From: Anaerolineae bacterium
GTDB taxonomy: Bacteria; Chloroflexota; Anaerolineae; Aggregatilineales; UBA3940
Reading direction: 5' to 3'
DNA: 64,000 nt
Assembly: GCA_034435375.1 (NCBI GenBank)
Contig: DAOTXR010000052.1
Coordinates: 228,093 to 292,092 of the forward strand
Numbering within the stretch: the first letter of the stretch is position 1; each line of letters begins with the position of its first letter. A model generated the notes under the pieces. It saw only the letters and a list, made by a program, of their open reading frames with translations. It searched no databases and was not told the origin of the DNA. Position numbers and translations under genes: made by a program. Below, one piece after another: positions 55,303-63,402 of the stretch.

Positions 55303-56643
55303 ATGGCCCTCAGCGGTATTCAAATCTACAAATTGCTCCCCCAGACCAACTGCAAGGACTGCGGTTTCCCCACCTGTCTGGCTTTCGCCATGAAGTTGGC
55401 GGCCAAACAGGTCGAGCCGGCAGCCTGTCCATGGCTGAGCGAGGAGGCTAAGACGACTCTGTCCGAGTCGGCAGCCCCGCCCATGCGGCTGGTGACACTC
55501 AAATCTGATGGATACGAAGTTAAGATCGGAAATGAGGTGGTGCTTTTCCGCCACGAGAAAACTTTTTACAACCGGGCTGGCTTATTCATCCGTGTGCGCG
55601 ACACGCTCCCTGTCTCAGACATCAAGGCCACTGTGGCCGCTGCCGATGCCTACACTGTGAGCTATGTCGGTACGGAGTTGACGCTCGACGGCTTTGCTGT
55701 CGAGGCTGCCTCAGGCAGCGCTGACACTTTTGCTGCGGCTATCCGCGCCGTTCGCGAGGTCAGTCGGCGCCCACTGATTCTGATCAGCAAGGATCCGGCT
55801 GTAATGGTCGCCGGTCTTGAAGTCCTTGCTGGAGAGACGCCACTTGTCTATGGTGCGGACGCTAAGAACTGGGAAGCCATGGCCGACTTGGCCAAGCAGC
55901 ACAATGCCTCGCTGGCTGTGATCGGCGCAACGCTGGACGAGCTGGCCGATTTGACCGAGAAGATCAAAAGCAAGGGGGTCGAGGATATGGTGCTCGACCC
56001 TGCCGCCCGCCCGATGGGTCAATCCCTGATCCTGAGCACTCAAATCCGCCGCCTGGCGCTCAAGAAGAACTTCCGCCCGCTGGGCTACCCGCTGATCGCC
56101 TTCCCAGGCGATGCTGGGGATCCGGCGCTTGAGTCGATGCGAGCAGCGCAGGCCATTGCCAAGTATGCCGGGTTCGTGGTGCTCGACACTTTCACTCCCG
56201 AACTCGCCTATGCACTGCTAGTGTTGCGCGCCAATATCTATACCGACCCACAGAAACCCATCCAGGTCCAGCCAGGGCTGTACGAGATTAACAATCCCAA
56301 GCCTGAGGATCCTCTTCTCGTTACTACCAACTTCAGCATCACCTATTTCAGTGTAGCCAATGAGGTCGAGGGTTCAGGGCTACCTGCCTGGCTGCTCGTG
56401 GCTGACGCCGAGGGCATGAGCGTGCTGACTGCCTGGGCTGCCGGTAAGTTCGACGCCGAGCGGATCGCCAAGGCTGTTAAAGGCTTCAGTGTCGTCGACA
56501 AGGTCAGCAAAAAACGAATCGTCATTCCAGGACATGTGGCTGTGTTGTCAGGTGAGTTAGAAGAAGAACTCCCAGGCTGGGAAATCCGCGTTGGTCCACG
56601 TGAGGCTGTGGATTTGCCCAAATTTATGAAAGAGGCACTCTAA
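55303..56643 (+). CDS. acsC: Corrinoid iron-sulfur protein large subunit
   Basis: Start at ATG 55303 behind AAGGAG. MALSGIQIYKLLPQTNCKDCGFPTCLAFAMKLAAKQVEPAACP is the N-terminal 4Fe-4S motif. About 446 aa. Confidence 0.9.
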   Translation: MALSGIQIYKLLPQTNCKDCGFPTCLAFAMKLAAKQVEPAACPWLSEEAKTTLSESAAPPMRLVTLKSDGYEVKIGNEVVLFRHEKTFYNRAGLFIRVRDTLPVSDIKATVAAADAYTVSYVGTELTLDGFAVEAASGSADTFAAAIRAVREVSRRPLILISKDPAVMVAGLEVLAGETPLVYGADAKNWEAMADLAKQHNASLAVIGATLDELADLTEKIKSKGVEDMVLDPAARPMGQSLILSTQIRRLALKKNFRPLGYPLIAFPGDAGDPALESMRAAQAIAKYAGFVVLDTFTPELAYALLVLRANIYTDPQKPIQVQPGLYEINNPKPEDPLLVTTNFSITYFSVANEVEGSGLPAWLLVADAEGMSVLTAWAAGKFDAERIAKAVKGFSVVDKVSKKRIVIPGHVAVLSGELEEELPGWEIRVGPREAVDLPKFMKEAL

Positions 56644-56681
56644 GGGCTGTCCACAGCACGACACACGCAAACAGCGCTTTC

Positions 56682-56721
56682 GGGGCGCAAGAGAACACAT
56701 ACAGAGGCATTCTTGCGCCCC
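56682..56721 (+). terminator. Stem-loop after acsC (11-bp stem, 18-nt loop)
   Basis: ggggcgcaaga (56682-56692) pairs with tcttgcgcccc (56711-56721). No U-tract. Confidence 0.4.
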
Positions 56722-56754
56722 GACGGCAGGCCGAGTGTCAGGAGATTGATCACC

Positions 56755-56994
56755 GTGGCTATCGATAACCCCATCCCGAGTCGTCTGCGTACCACGGCCA
56801 GTGCTTTTAAGTGCGATTGCTGCCCACCCGACCGCGTGTGTGCATGGGCGTGCCTGCAAGGAGCTGGCATCGAGGAGATCATCATTGGAGCTGCCCTTGC
56901 GTTGGAGGGTGTCCCTGGACGAGCACTGGCAGAGCCAGGAGTAGAGGCTACGTCCACTGCCCTGTGGGACAGCTTTAACACGTTGGGCAACTAG
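56755..56994 (+). CDS. Hypothetical Cys-rich small protein (about 79 aa), low confidence
   Basis: It lies within ORF-track ORF 56713-56994. GTG 56755 sits 10 nt after AGGAG (56740-56744). Sequence: (M)AIDNPIPSRLRTTASAFKCDCCPPDRVCAWACLQGAGIEEIIIGAALALEGVPGRALAEPGVEATSTALWDSFNTLGN. Third-position GC is about 63% by my count, similar to neighbouring genes. I recognise no family. Confidence 0.3.
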   Translation: MAIDNPIPSRLRTTASAFKCDCCPPDRVCAWACLQGAGIEEIIIGAALALEGVPGRALAEPGVEATSTALWDSFNTLGN

Positions 56995-57146
56995 GTTTTG
57001 CGAAAAGTAACGCAAGCGACTTTTTGCAAAACACCCAAACGTTTCGCCGACGGAGTTCCTTTCAACTTCTTGCGGCGAAACCTCAGGGTTGCCGGGTACA
57101 ATTTCGATCAAACGCTCAGGCCATCAGGAGCTGCCAGGCAAGGTGC

Positions 57147-59075
57147 ATGGCTGAACACACCGTCACATTCGACATCGCTGCTCATCCCATCAGTGTTCCG
57201 ACAGGTACGCTTCTTTCCGAAGCCGCCCGGCTGGCTGGAATCGATCTGATGCAGCCGTGTGGCGGCCAGGGGCGCTGCGGGCGATGTGCTGTGCAGGTCA
57301 CCCAGGGGTCGGTGCGCCGCCGTAGCACATTGCGCCTTTCCCCAGAGGATATAAATGCTGGCTATGCGCTGGCTTGCCAGACTGTCATTGAGGGAGATGT
57401 CACCGTCAGCGTTCCGCCGCAGGAGAAGATCGAGCGGCGGCTCACCACTGATCGCACGGCGGCTGAGGTCGCTGTACCCGCTGGTTACGATCCCGACGTC
57501 ACCCAGTCCGTTCGCCGCTACCAGGTTACGTTGCCCCCACCCTCGATGGACGATCAGACCGATGACTGGGGACGTTTTCAGAAAGCCCTGCGTCAGCAGA
57601 TGGCTGCCAGCAATGTCCGGGTCTCGCTGGCGACATTGCAGCAGATTGGAAGTAAGCTGCGCGAAGGCGACTGGCAGGTGACGGCTGTTGTGGACACTGC
57701 TTCCTGGGACTGTCCTGACTGCCCTCCGCGTTTGATCGACGTGTGGCCTGGCGTCACTCCGCGCTATGACCCGCTGTGGGGCGCCGCCATCGACATTGGC
57801 ACTACTACCGTGACTCTGTGGTTGGTCGATCTGATCACAGGTCGGGTGGAGGCTCAGGTTGCCGAGTACAACAGTCAGATCGCACGTGGCGAAGACGTGA
57901 TCTCGCGCATTATCTATGCCAGCAAGAGTGAAGAGAATAGACTGGAGATGCGCGATCGAGTGCTGGGTACCATCAACGAGCTGCTGGAGGCTGCCTGCCT
58001 GCGTCTCCAGATCAGGCCGCAAGATGTGGTTAAGGCAACCATTGCCGCGAACAGCACCATGATGCATCTGCTGCTGGGCATCCCAGCAGCGAGCATCCGG
58101 CTAGCTCCCTTTGTGACGGCAGTCAACCACATTCCAACGCTCACTGCTCGCGAGGTCGGCCTGAACATGCACCCGGAGGGCACAGTGGACTGCCTGCCGG
58201 GTGTAGCCAGCTATGTTGGTGCGGACATCAGTGCTGGGGTGTTGTCCTCTGGCATGGACGACGCTACCCGAGTGACACTCTTCCTCGATGTGGGTACCAA
58301 TGGCGAGACGGCGCTCGGTTCGGCAGAGTGGCTAGTGACATGCGCCTGTTCGGCTGGCCCGGCCTTCGAGGGGGCAGGAATGTTGTTCGGGATGCGTGCC
58401 ACGCGAGGAGCCATCGAGGAGGTGTGGATCAATGCCGAGACGTATGAGCCGACGTACCGTGTCATCGGCAATGTCAAACCGCGCGGATTGTGCGGCAGCG
58501 GCCTGATTTCGCTGCTGGCAGAGATGTTCCTGACTGGCGTAATCGACAAGGGTGGTCACGTCAATCTGAAGCTGGCCACACCGCGTGTGCGCGAAGGCGA
58601 GCACGGCCCAGAGTACGTCATTGCCTGGGCGGATGAGACGCAGATCGGGCAGGACATCACCATCACTCATGTGGATATCGACAACCTGCTGCGGGCCAAA
58701 GCTGCTATCTATGCAGGATTCACCGTGCTGGCTGACAGCGTGGGCATCCCGCTGGAGATGGTCGAGCAGGTGTTGATCGGCGGGTCATTTGGCAAGTATA
58801 TCAATGTCGAAAAGGCGGTCGAGATTGGCCTGCTGCCTGACATGCCGTGGGATCGCTTCCAGTTTCTGGGCAATACCTCGGTCAAGGGGGCTTATCTGGC
58901 GCTGTTAGATGGCAACCTGCGAGACCGTATCAGGCGAATTGCAGACCGCATGACCTATATTGAGCTATCGGCCGACAACACATTCTATGATGCGTTCATG
59001 TCGGCCATGTTCCTGCCACATACTGATATTTCGCGCTTCCCTACCGTGGAAGCCGCAGTAGCAGATAAGGATTAG
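57147..59075 (+). CDS. acsV: Corrinoid activation/regeneration protein (RACo/AcsV; 2Fe-2S ferredoxin + ASKHA ATPase)
   Basis: Start at MAEHTVTFDI (ATG 57147). Plant-type ferredoxin cysteines: MQPCGGQGRCGRCAV. ASKHA segments: AAIDIGTTTV, FLDVGTNGE, ACSAGPAFEGAG. Confidence 0.85.
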   Translation: MAEHTVTFDIAAHPISVPTGTLLSEAARLAGIDLMQPCGGQGRCGRCAVQVTQGSVRRRSTLRLSPEDINAGYALACQTVIEGDVTVSVPPQEKIERRLTTDRTAAEVAVPAGYDPDVTQSVRRYQVTLPPPSMDDQTDDWGRFQKALRQQMAASNVRVSLATLQQIGSKLREGDWQVTAVVDTASWDCPDCPPRLIDVWPGVTPRYDPLWGAAIDIGTTTVTLWLVDLITGRVEAQVAEYNSQIARGEDVISRIIYASKSEENRLEMRDRVLGTINELLEAACLRLQIRPQDVVKATIAANSTMMHLLLGIPAASIRLAPFVTAVNHIPTLTAREVGLNMHPEGTVDCLPGVASYVGADISAGVLSSGMDDATRVTLFLDVGTNGETALGSAEWLVTCACSAGPAFEGAGMLFGMRATRGAIEEVWINAETYEPTYRVIGNVKPRGLCGSGLISLLAEMFLTGVIDKGGHVNLKLATPRVREGEHGPEYVIAWADETQIGQDITITHVDIDNLLRAKAAIYAGFTVLADSVGIPLEMVEQVLIGGSFGKYINVEKAVEIGLLPDMPWDRFQFLGNTSVKGAYLALLDGNLRDRIRRIADRMTYIELSADNTFYDAFMSAMFLPHTDISRFPTVEAAVADKD

Positions 59076-59080
59076 GTCAA

Positions 59081-60004
59081 ATGTATATCATCGGCGAAAA
59101 CATCCACATTATTTCACAGAGGGTTAAGGATGCCTTGGCTGCCAAAGATGCCAAGTTCTTCCAGGACCTGGCTGTCCGTCAGGTGGAGGCCGGCGCACAA
59201 GCTCTTGACCTGAACTTGGGACCTCGCAAAAAGGACTGGGAGGAAATTTTCCCATGGATGGTTGAGACGGTAGAAGCTGTGGTCGATGTACCGCTCAGCT
59301 TCGACAGCACTAACGTGTTGGGCATCGAGGCTGGTTTGAAGAAGGTGACCAAAGCTCAGCCGATCATCAATTCGACTTCTGCCGAGCCTGAGCGGCTGGA
59401 GAAAGTTCCGCTGCTCGCCAAGCGGTACAATACGCGCCTGATCGCACTGACCATGGGCGCGGGCGGCATCCCAGTGGCCGCCGATGAGCGGGTCACTATT
59501 GCCATCGAGAAATTAATCCCGCGCATGTTGGAAATTGACTTCCCTATCACGGATCTGATCATCGATCCACTTGTGTTGACCGTCTCCGGTTGCCAGGAGT
59601 ACTGCCCACATCTGATTGAAGCGGTACGCACACTCCAGGTGGTGTGGGACCCACCGCCCGCGATCTCCGTTGGGCTGTCGAACGTGTCCAATGCCGTACC
59701 AGCGGAAAACCGTTCGCTCATCAACCGTGTGTACTGCGCCATGCTGATGGGAGTGGGCTTGCAGACGATGATCGCCGATCCGTTCGACCGCAAGTTGCGC
59801 GAGGTGATCGATACCATCGAGAACCGTGACGAGAGCACACCCATCAGACGGCTATACCTAAAGATACACGATCGCATCGCGGCAATGGAGGAACCTTCCG
59901 TCGAAGATGTGGATATGAGCGACCCAGAGCAGGCTGCAATCTGGAAGACCGTCCAGATTCTGCTTAACAAGGTCATCTACGCTGACGCTTATCTACAGCA
60001 GTAG
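59081..60004 (+). CDS. acsE: Methyltetrahydrofolate:corrinoid/iron-sulfur protein methyltransferase (pterin-binding domain)
   Basis: MYIIGENIHIISQRVKDALAAKDAKFFQDLAVRQVEAGAQALDLNLG...INSTSAE...LIDPLVLTV. Starts 5 nt after the acsV stop. Confidence 0.85.
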   Translation: MYIIGENIHIISQRVKDALAAKDAKFFQDLAVRQVEAGAQALDLNLGPRKKDWEEIFPWMVETVEAVVDVPLSFDSTNVLGIEAGLKKVTKAQPIINSTSAEPERLEKVPLLAKRYNTRLIALTMGAGGIPVAADERVTIAIEKLIPRMLEIDFPITDLIIDPLVLTVSGCQEYCPHLIEAVRTLQVVWDPPPAISVGLSNVSNAVPAENRSLINRVYCAMLMGVGLQTMIADPFDRKLREVIDTIENRDESTPIRRLYLKIHDRIAAMEEPSVEDVDMSDPEQAAIWKTVQILLNKVIYADAYLQQ

Positions 60005-60025
60005 TGCCGGTTGCGGCCTCTCAAT

Positions 60026-60057
60026 GCTCAGGGCGAACTGCACAGTTCGCCCTGAGC
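60026..60057 (+). terminator. Stem-loop after acsE (14-15-bp perfect stem)
   Basis: gctcagggcgaactg (60026-60040), ca, cagttcgccctgagc (60043-60057). No U-tract. An AT-rich promoter-like tract follows, ahead of metVF. Confidence 0.55.
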
Positions 60058-60247
60058 CGAAGGGCATCGAGAATTGGCTCCACCCTGCCAAGAGCGATGC
60101 GCGACTCTTGAATGTCATGGGACATCTGTGACAAATGCCACTAGCAATGAAGTAGACCAAAGCGATATTCTGATAATAATTATCTTGAAAGTCTACCTGG
60201 AATCGGATAGGCGATCCGGAGTCACTCACTGATCGGGAGTCATCACT

Positions 60248-61729
60248 ATGCCAATCTTTACACCCGCACGCCGTTGGCAACCTGCTTTTCGACCCTTCAA
60301 GCGTGAGACGTTTGGTCGCCGGACGTTGGCCAGCATTGAGCTTGCCATCAAAGGCCCCTTGTTTGGGTGTCGCATGTGCGGCAACTGCCTGCTGCAAGAG
60401 ACGGCCTTCATTTGCCCGATGGAGTGTCCCAAGGGGGCACGCAATGGCCCCTGTGGCGGTTCTACGCCTGAGCACTGCTATGTCGATGAGACACGTCCCT
60501 GCATCTGGTACAAGATTTACGAGCGTGCTTTCCGGATGGGCCGCCAGGAAAAGCTGCTCGAAGTTCTGCCGCCGCTTGACTGGGACAAGGTCGGCGGCGA
60601 GACTTGGCTGGACGTGATCGACCAAGTCCGTGAAGTGGGGCCGGGGAAGTTTGTGAACGGTATGCTCTCTGGCGATCCCGTGAAGCGTCACGAAACATGG
60701 GAGTCAGTCTTTATGCCGGTCCGTCAGCCAGACTGGTGGGCAGGTGACGCTGAGTACCACCCCCCGGCCTACAGTGAGCCGGTGTCTGAGCTGGAGCGCC
60801 GCCTGAAGGCCGGGCAGTTTGTGGTCACTGCGGAGGTCGCTCCACCGATGAGCACCGCCACAGGCAAGCTTGTCCGCAATATTGAGATGGTCAAGCCCTA
60901 TGTCTCAGCGATTAACTTCACTGACAGCCCGTCAGCCACCGCTCGCATGTCGAGTCTGGCATGTAGCGTGTTGGCCATTCAGAATGGCGGCGAGCCTGTG
61001 ATGCAAATTGCTGCCCGCGACCGCACTCGAACAGGGCTGCAAGCTGAGGTCATCGGTGCGAATGCGCTTGGTGTGCGCAACATCCTGTGCCTGTCCGGTG
61101 ACCACGGTCGCATGGGCCCGGCCCCAATGGGGCGTTTGGATGTGATTGATATCGACTCGATTCAGATGCTGTGGATCCTGCGCCGGATGCGCGATGATGG
61201 CGTCTACCTGGATGGGCGTGAGATCAAAAACCCACCGCAGATCTTCTTGGGAGCTGCGGCAGCGCCATTTGCGTCTAGGCCAGAGTTCCAGGCTATCCGA
61301 GAGCACAAGAAGGTCAACGCTGGGGCACAGTTCTTCCAGACCAACCTAGTTTACGATGTGGGGGGGTTGGAAGTGTGGCTGAACGAGCTGGCTAAGCGCA
61401 ACATCCTGGACAAGGTGTACATCCTGGTCGGCATCACACCGCTCAAGAGCTACAAGATGGCCCGCTACATGAACGATGATGTTCCTGGCGTCTTTATCCC
61501 GGAACCGATCTTGAAGCGCATGGAGAATGCTGGTGACGGCGCAATGGAAGAGGGCGTGTCCATTGCCTTAGAATTAATCGAGGGCGTCAAGAAGCTACAG
61601 GGCATCCATGGCATCCACCTGATGGCCGTGGGCTGGGAAGAAGTCGTCCCACGCATCGTCACTGAGGCGGGATTGCTGCCGCCCGGTTTTGTGGCTCCTG
61701 AGATCAAAGAGGCTGCTACGACCGGGTAA
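60248..61729 (+). CDS. metF: Fused MetV-like (MTHFR_C Cys-rich domain) + MetF methylenetetrahydrofolate reductase
   Basis: N-terminal FGCRMCGNCLLQETAFICPMECPKGARNGPCGG...CIWYKIY. Then the MetF barrel: FVVTAEVAPP...AINFTDSPSATARMSS...QIAARDRTR...NILCLSGD...GAQFFQTNLVYD. Confidence 0.85.
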   Translation: MPIFTPARRWQPAFRPFKRETFGRRTLASIELAIKGPLFGCRMCGNCLLQETAFICPMECPKGARNGPCGGSTPEHCYVDETRPCIWYKIYERAFRMGRQEKLLEVLPPLDWDKVGGETWLDVIDQVREVGPGKFVNGMLSGDPVKRHETWESVFMPVRQPDWWAGDAEYHPPAYSEPVSELERRLKAGQFVVTAEVAPPMSTATGKLVRNIEMVKPYVSAINFTDSPSATARMSSLACSVLAIQNGGEPVMQIAARDRTRTGLQAEVIGANALGVRNILCLSGDHGRMGPAPMGRLDVIDIDSIQMLWILRRMRDDGVYLDGREIKNPPQIFLGAAAAPFASRPEFQAIREHKKVNAGAQFFQTNLVYDVGGLEVWLNELAKRNILDKVYILVGITPLKSYKMARYMNDDVPGVFIPEPILKRMENAGDGAMEEGVSIALELIEGVKKLQGIHGIHLMAVGWEEVVPRIVTEAGLLPPGFVAPEIKEAATTG

Positions 61730-61858
61730 GCGGTTCTGCCAGCCGTGCCAGCATCTCGGCGCAACCGACGAGGATGCCAACGAAGCCCAAACAGTGCTGT
61801 TGAGTGTGTCGAGGCACACGAAGACCCGACAACAGGGCCTAATCTTATCGGAGAAATA

Positions 61859-61895
61859 CTTGGCCGCGTGGCACTCTTGATGTCACGCGGCCAAG
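61859..61895. terminator. Stem-loop between convergent metVF and the 61956-63248 gene (12-bp stem)
   Basis: cttggccgcgtg (61859-61870), 13-nt loop, cacgcggccaag (61884-61895). Confidence 0.6.
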
Positions 61896-61955
61896 CTGTA
61901 AGGAGAGGACCATTCACCTGATCAATTTCGCCAGGTTATCACCGCGACAGACTTC

Positions 61956-63248
61956 TTAGCTGCCGGAGATCGACGGCAATCCGGTTGGTGGAGTGCTGCT
62001 GCCGGACAGGCCGCCCGATGCACTCGGACGAACAGCCTGGGCCTCCCGTCGCCAAGCAGCCAGTTCGATGGTGATGCGATCGATGACGCCATTAGGTGGC
62101 ATGGCGCCGGCTTTGTAAGCCAAGTCAACGATGCGAGCCTGGATACGCAGGGTAGCCGTTTCGAGCAGCAGCCGGTCGCCAGTCCGGGCCAAGACGGCTT
62201 CTCCCTTAGGCGCGAGCTTGGCCCTGATGGCATCATCATTGAAAGCATGGTCAGACATCAGCACCTTGGTCACGGTGCGGATGTCGTTCTTATCGAACAA
62301 CCAGACTTCCAACGCAGTGACATTCTTGGCTTCGCCTGTGCTGCCAATGGTCTCGGAGACCCCTACGCCAGTTTCCCCTAAGAACTCGCCAGACGAGGTC
62401 TCAATGCTGAAAGAGTCGTCGTAGAGATCATCCCCATGCAGGTAGGTTGTCATGAACTGAACAATAGGTGGTTCCTGCCCCTGAGCTTCGAAGTCGGTTT
62501 TCTCAGCGGCTTTGGAAAGCTGCGCGCCCATCGCTGCAACACTGCGAGGTTCAGTTGGCTCTTCCTTCTTACGCCCTAAGCCAGGCAGCGATGGCAGCGC
62601 CGCTCGGGGGCGGGCCGCCGCAGCTGAAGGCTGAGTCTCGCCAGCCGGCGAGGGGGGCGGAGGCGCACCCGGCCTGGGTGGGGCTGGGGCAGCTGCGGGT
62701 GACGGCGCTGGCGCACCCACACTGGCAGGTCTGGCGGGTACAGCTGCGGTCGGTTCTCCACCGGAGCGGGCAACGATCAGAATCCCGTAGACCACGATGA
62801 TGAGAGCCATCAGCGCGATCACAATCGGCCCGACCAGGCTGCCGAACGAAACCCACGACGTGGTCGGTTTGGCTCTGCATACGTCCACCTGCGGATTCTG
62901 GACAATCAGGTTGCTAGCCACCAACGTGTAGAGCTGATCTAGGTTGCGCTTCTTGGTAACGTCCGAGCCATAGCGTAGGTTTGCCTCCTCAAAGGCCCTG
63001 CTCAGCCCGTCGTTGGCCTGGCAGATGAAGGACAGCCGATCGATGGCCAGGGCGTCGTTGTTGTCCAGCGCGTAGGCGTCGGCAACAGCCTGGACGTAGA
63101 TGCCCTGGTAGCTGATGTGCAGCTGCCAGATACCAGTGTCGGCGATATTGACGCCGGACGCTCCCCAGATGTACCCCAGGAAAGCACTGATCGCCAGGAC
63201 AACCAGCAAAGTCAATACAGGCTTGAGCTTTCCGATCTGTTCGGCCAT
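61956..63248 (-). CDS. Hypothetical membrane protein (2 TM, Pro/Ala-rich linker, unassigned C-terminal domain)
   Basis: 430 aa. TM1 LKPVLTLLVVLAISAFLGYIW, a roughly 120-aa loop domain, TM2 LVGPIVIALMALIIVVYGILIV, a linker PARPASVGAPAPSPAAAPAPPRPGAPPPPSP, then about 190 aa (FMTTYLHGDDLYDDSFSIE...ALEVWLFDKNDIRTVTKVLM...LRIQARIVDLAY). I recognise no family. Confidence 0.6.
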   Translation of the reverse strand: MAEQIGKLKPVLTLLVVLAISAFLGYIWGASGVNIADTGIWQLHISYQGIYVQAVADAYALDNNDALAIDRLSFICQANDGLSRAFEEANLRYGSDVTKKRNLDQLYTLVASNLIVQNPQVDVCRAKPTTSWVSFGSLVGPIVIALMALIIVVYGILIVARSGGEPTAAVPARPASVGAPAPSPAAAPAPPRPGAPPPPSPAGETQPSAAAARPRAALPSLPGLGRKKEEPTEPRSVAAMGAQLSKAAEKTDFEAQGQEPPIVQFMTTYLHGDDLYDDSFSIETSSGEFLGETGVGVSETIGSTGEAKNVTALEVWLFDKNDIRTVTKVLMSDHAFNDDAIRAKLAPKGEAVLARTGDRLLLETATLRIQARIVDLAYKAGAMPPNGVIDRITIELAAWRREAQAVRPSASGGLSGSSTPPTGLPSISGS

Positions 63249-63402
63249 AGCAGTCCGACCCTTCCTTAAAGCTCTGGCAATGATCTCCCCCCTGTCTTGT
63301 AAGTGGGGCGATCTAGATGTAGAAAGATGGTCCCTTGCTATTGTACTCTAACACTTGACCAGCACAAGTAAGGTCGGTCCTCTGAGCGGTGTTAGGATTC
63401 CC

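Noticed and set aside
57108-60691. Minus-strand ORFs 57108-58067 (319 aa), 59356-59976 (206 aa) and 59993-60691 (232 aa)
   Set aside because: They are antisense to acsV, acsE and metVF. They have low-complexity Arg/Ser/Ala-rich composition and no SD or start support.
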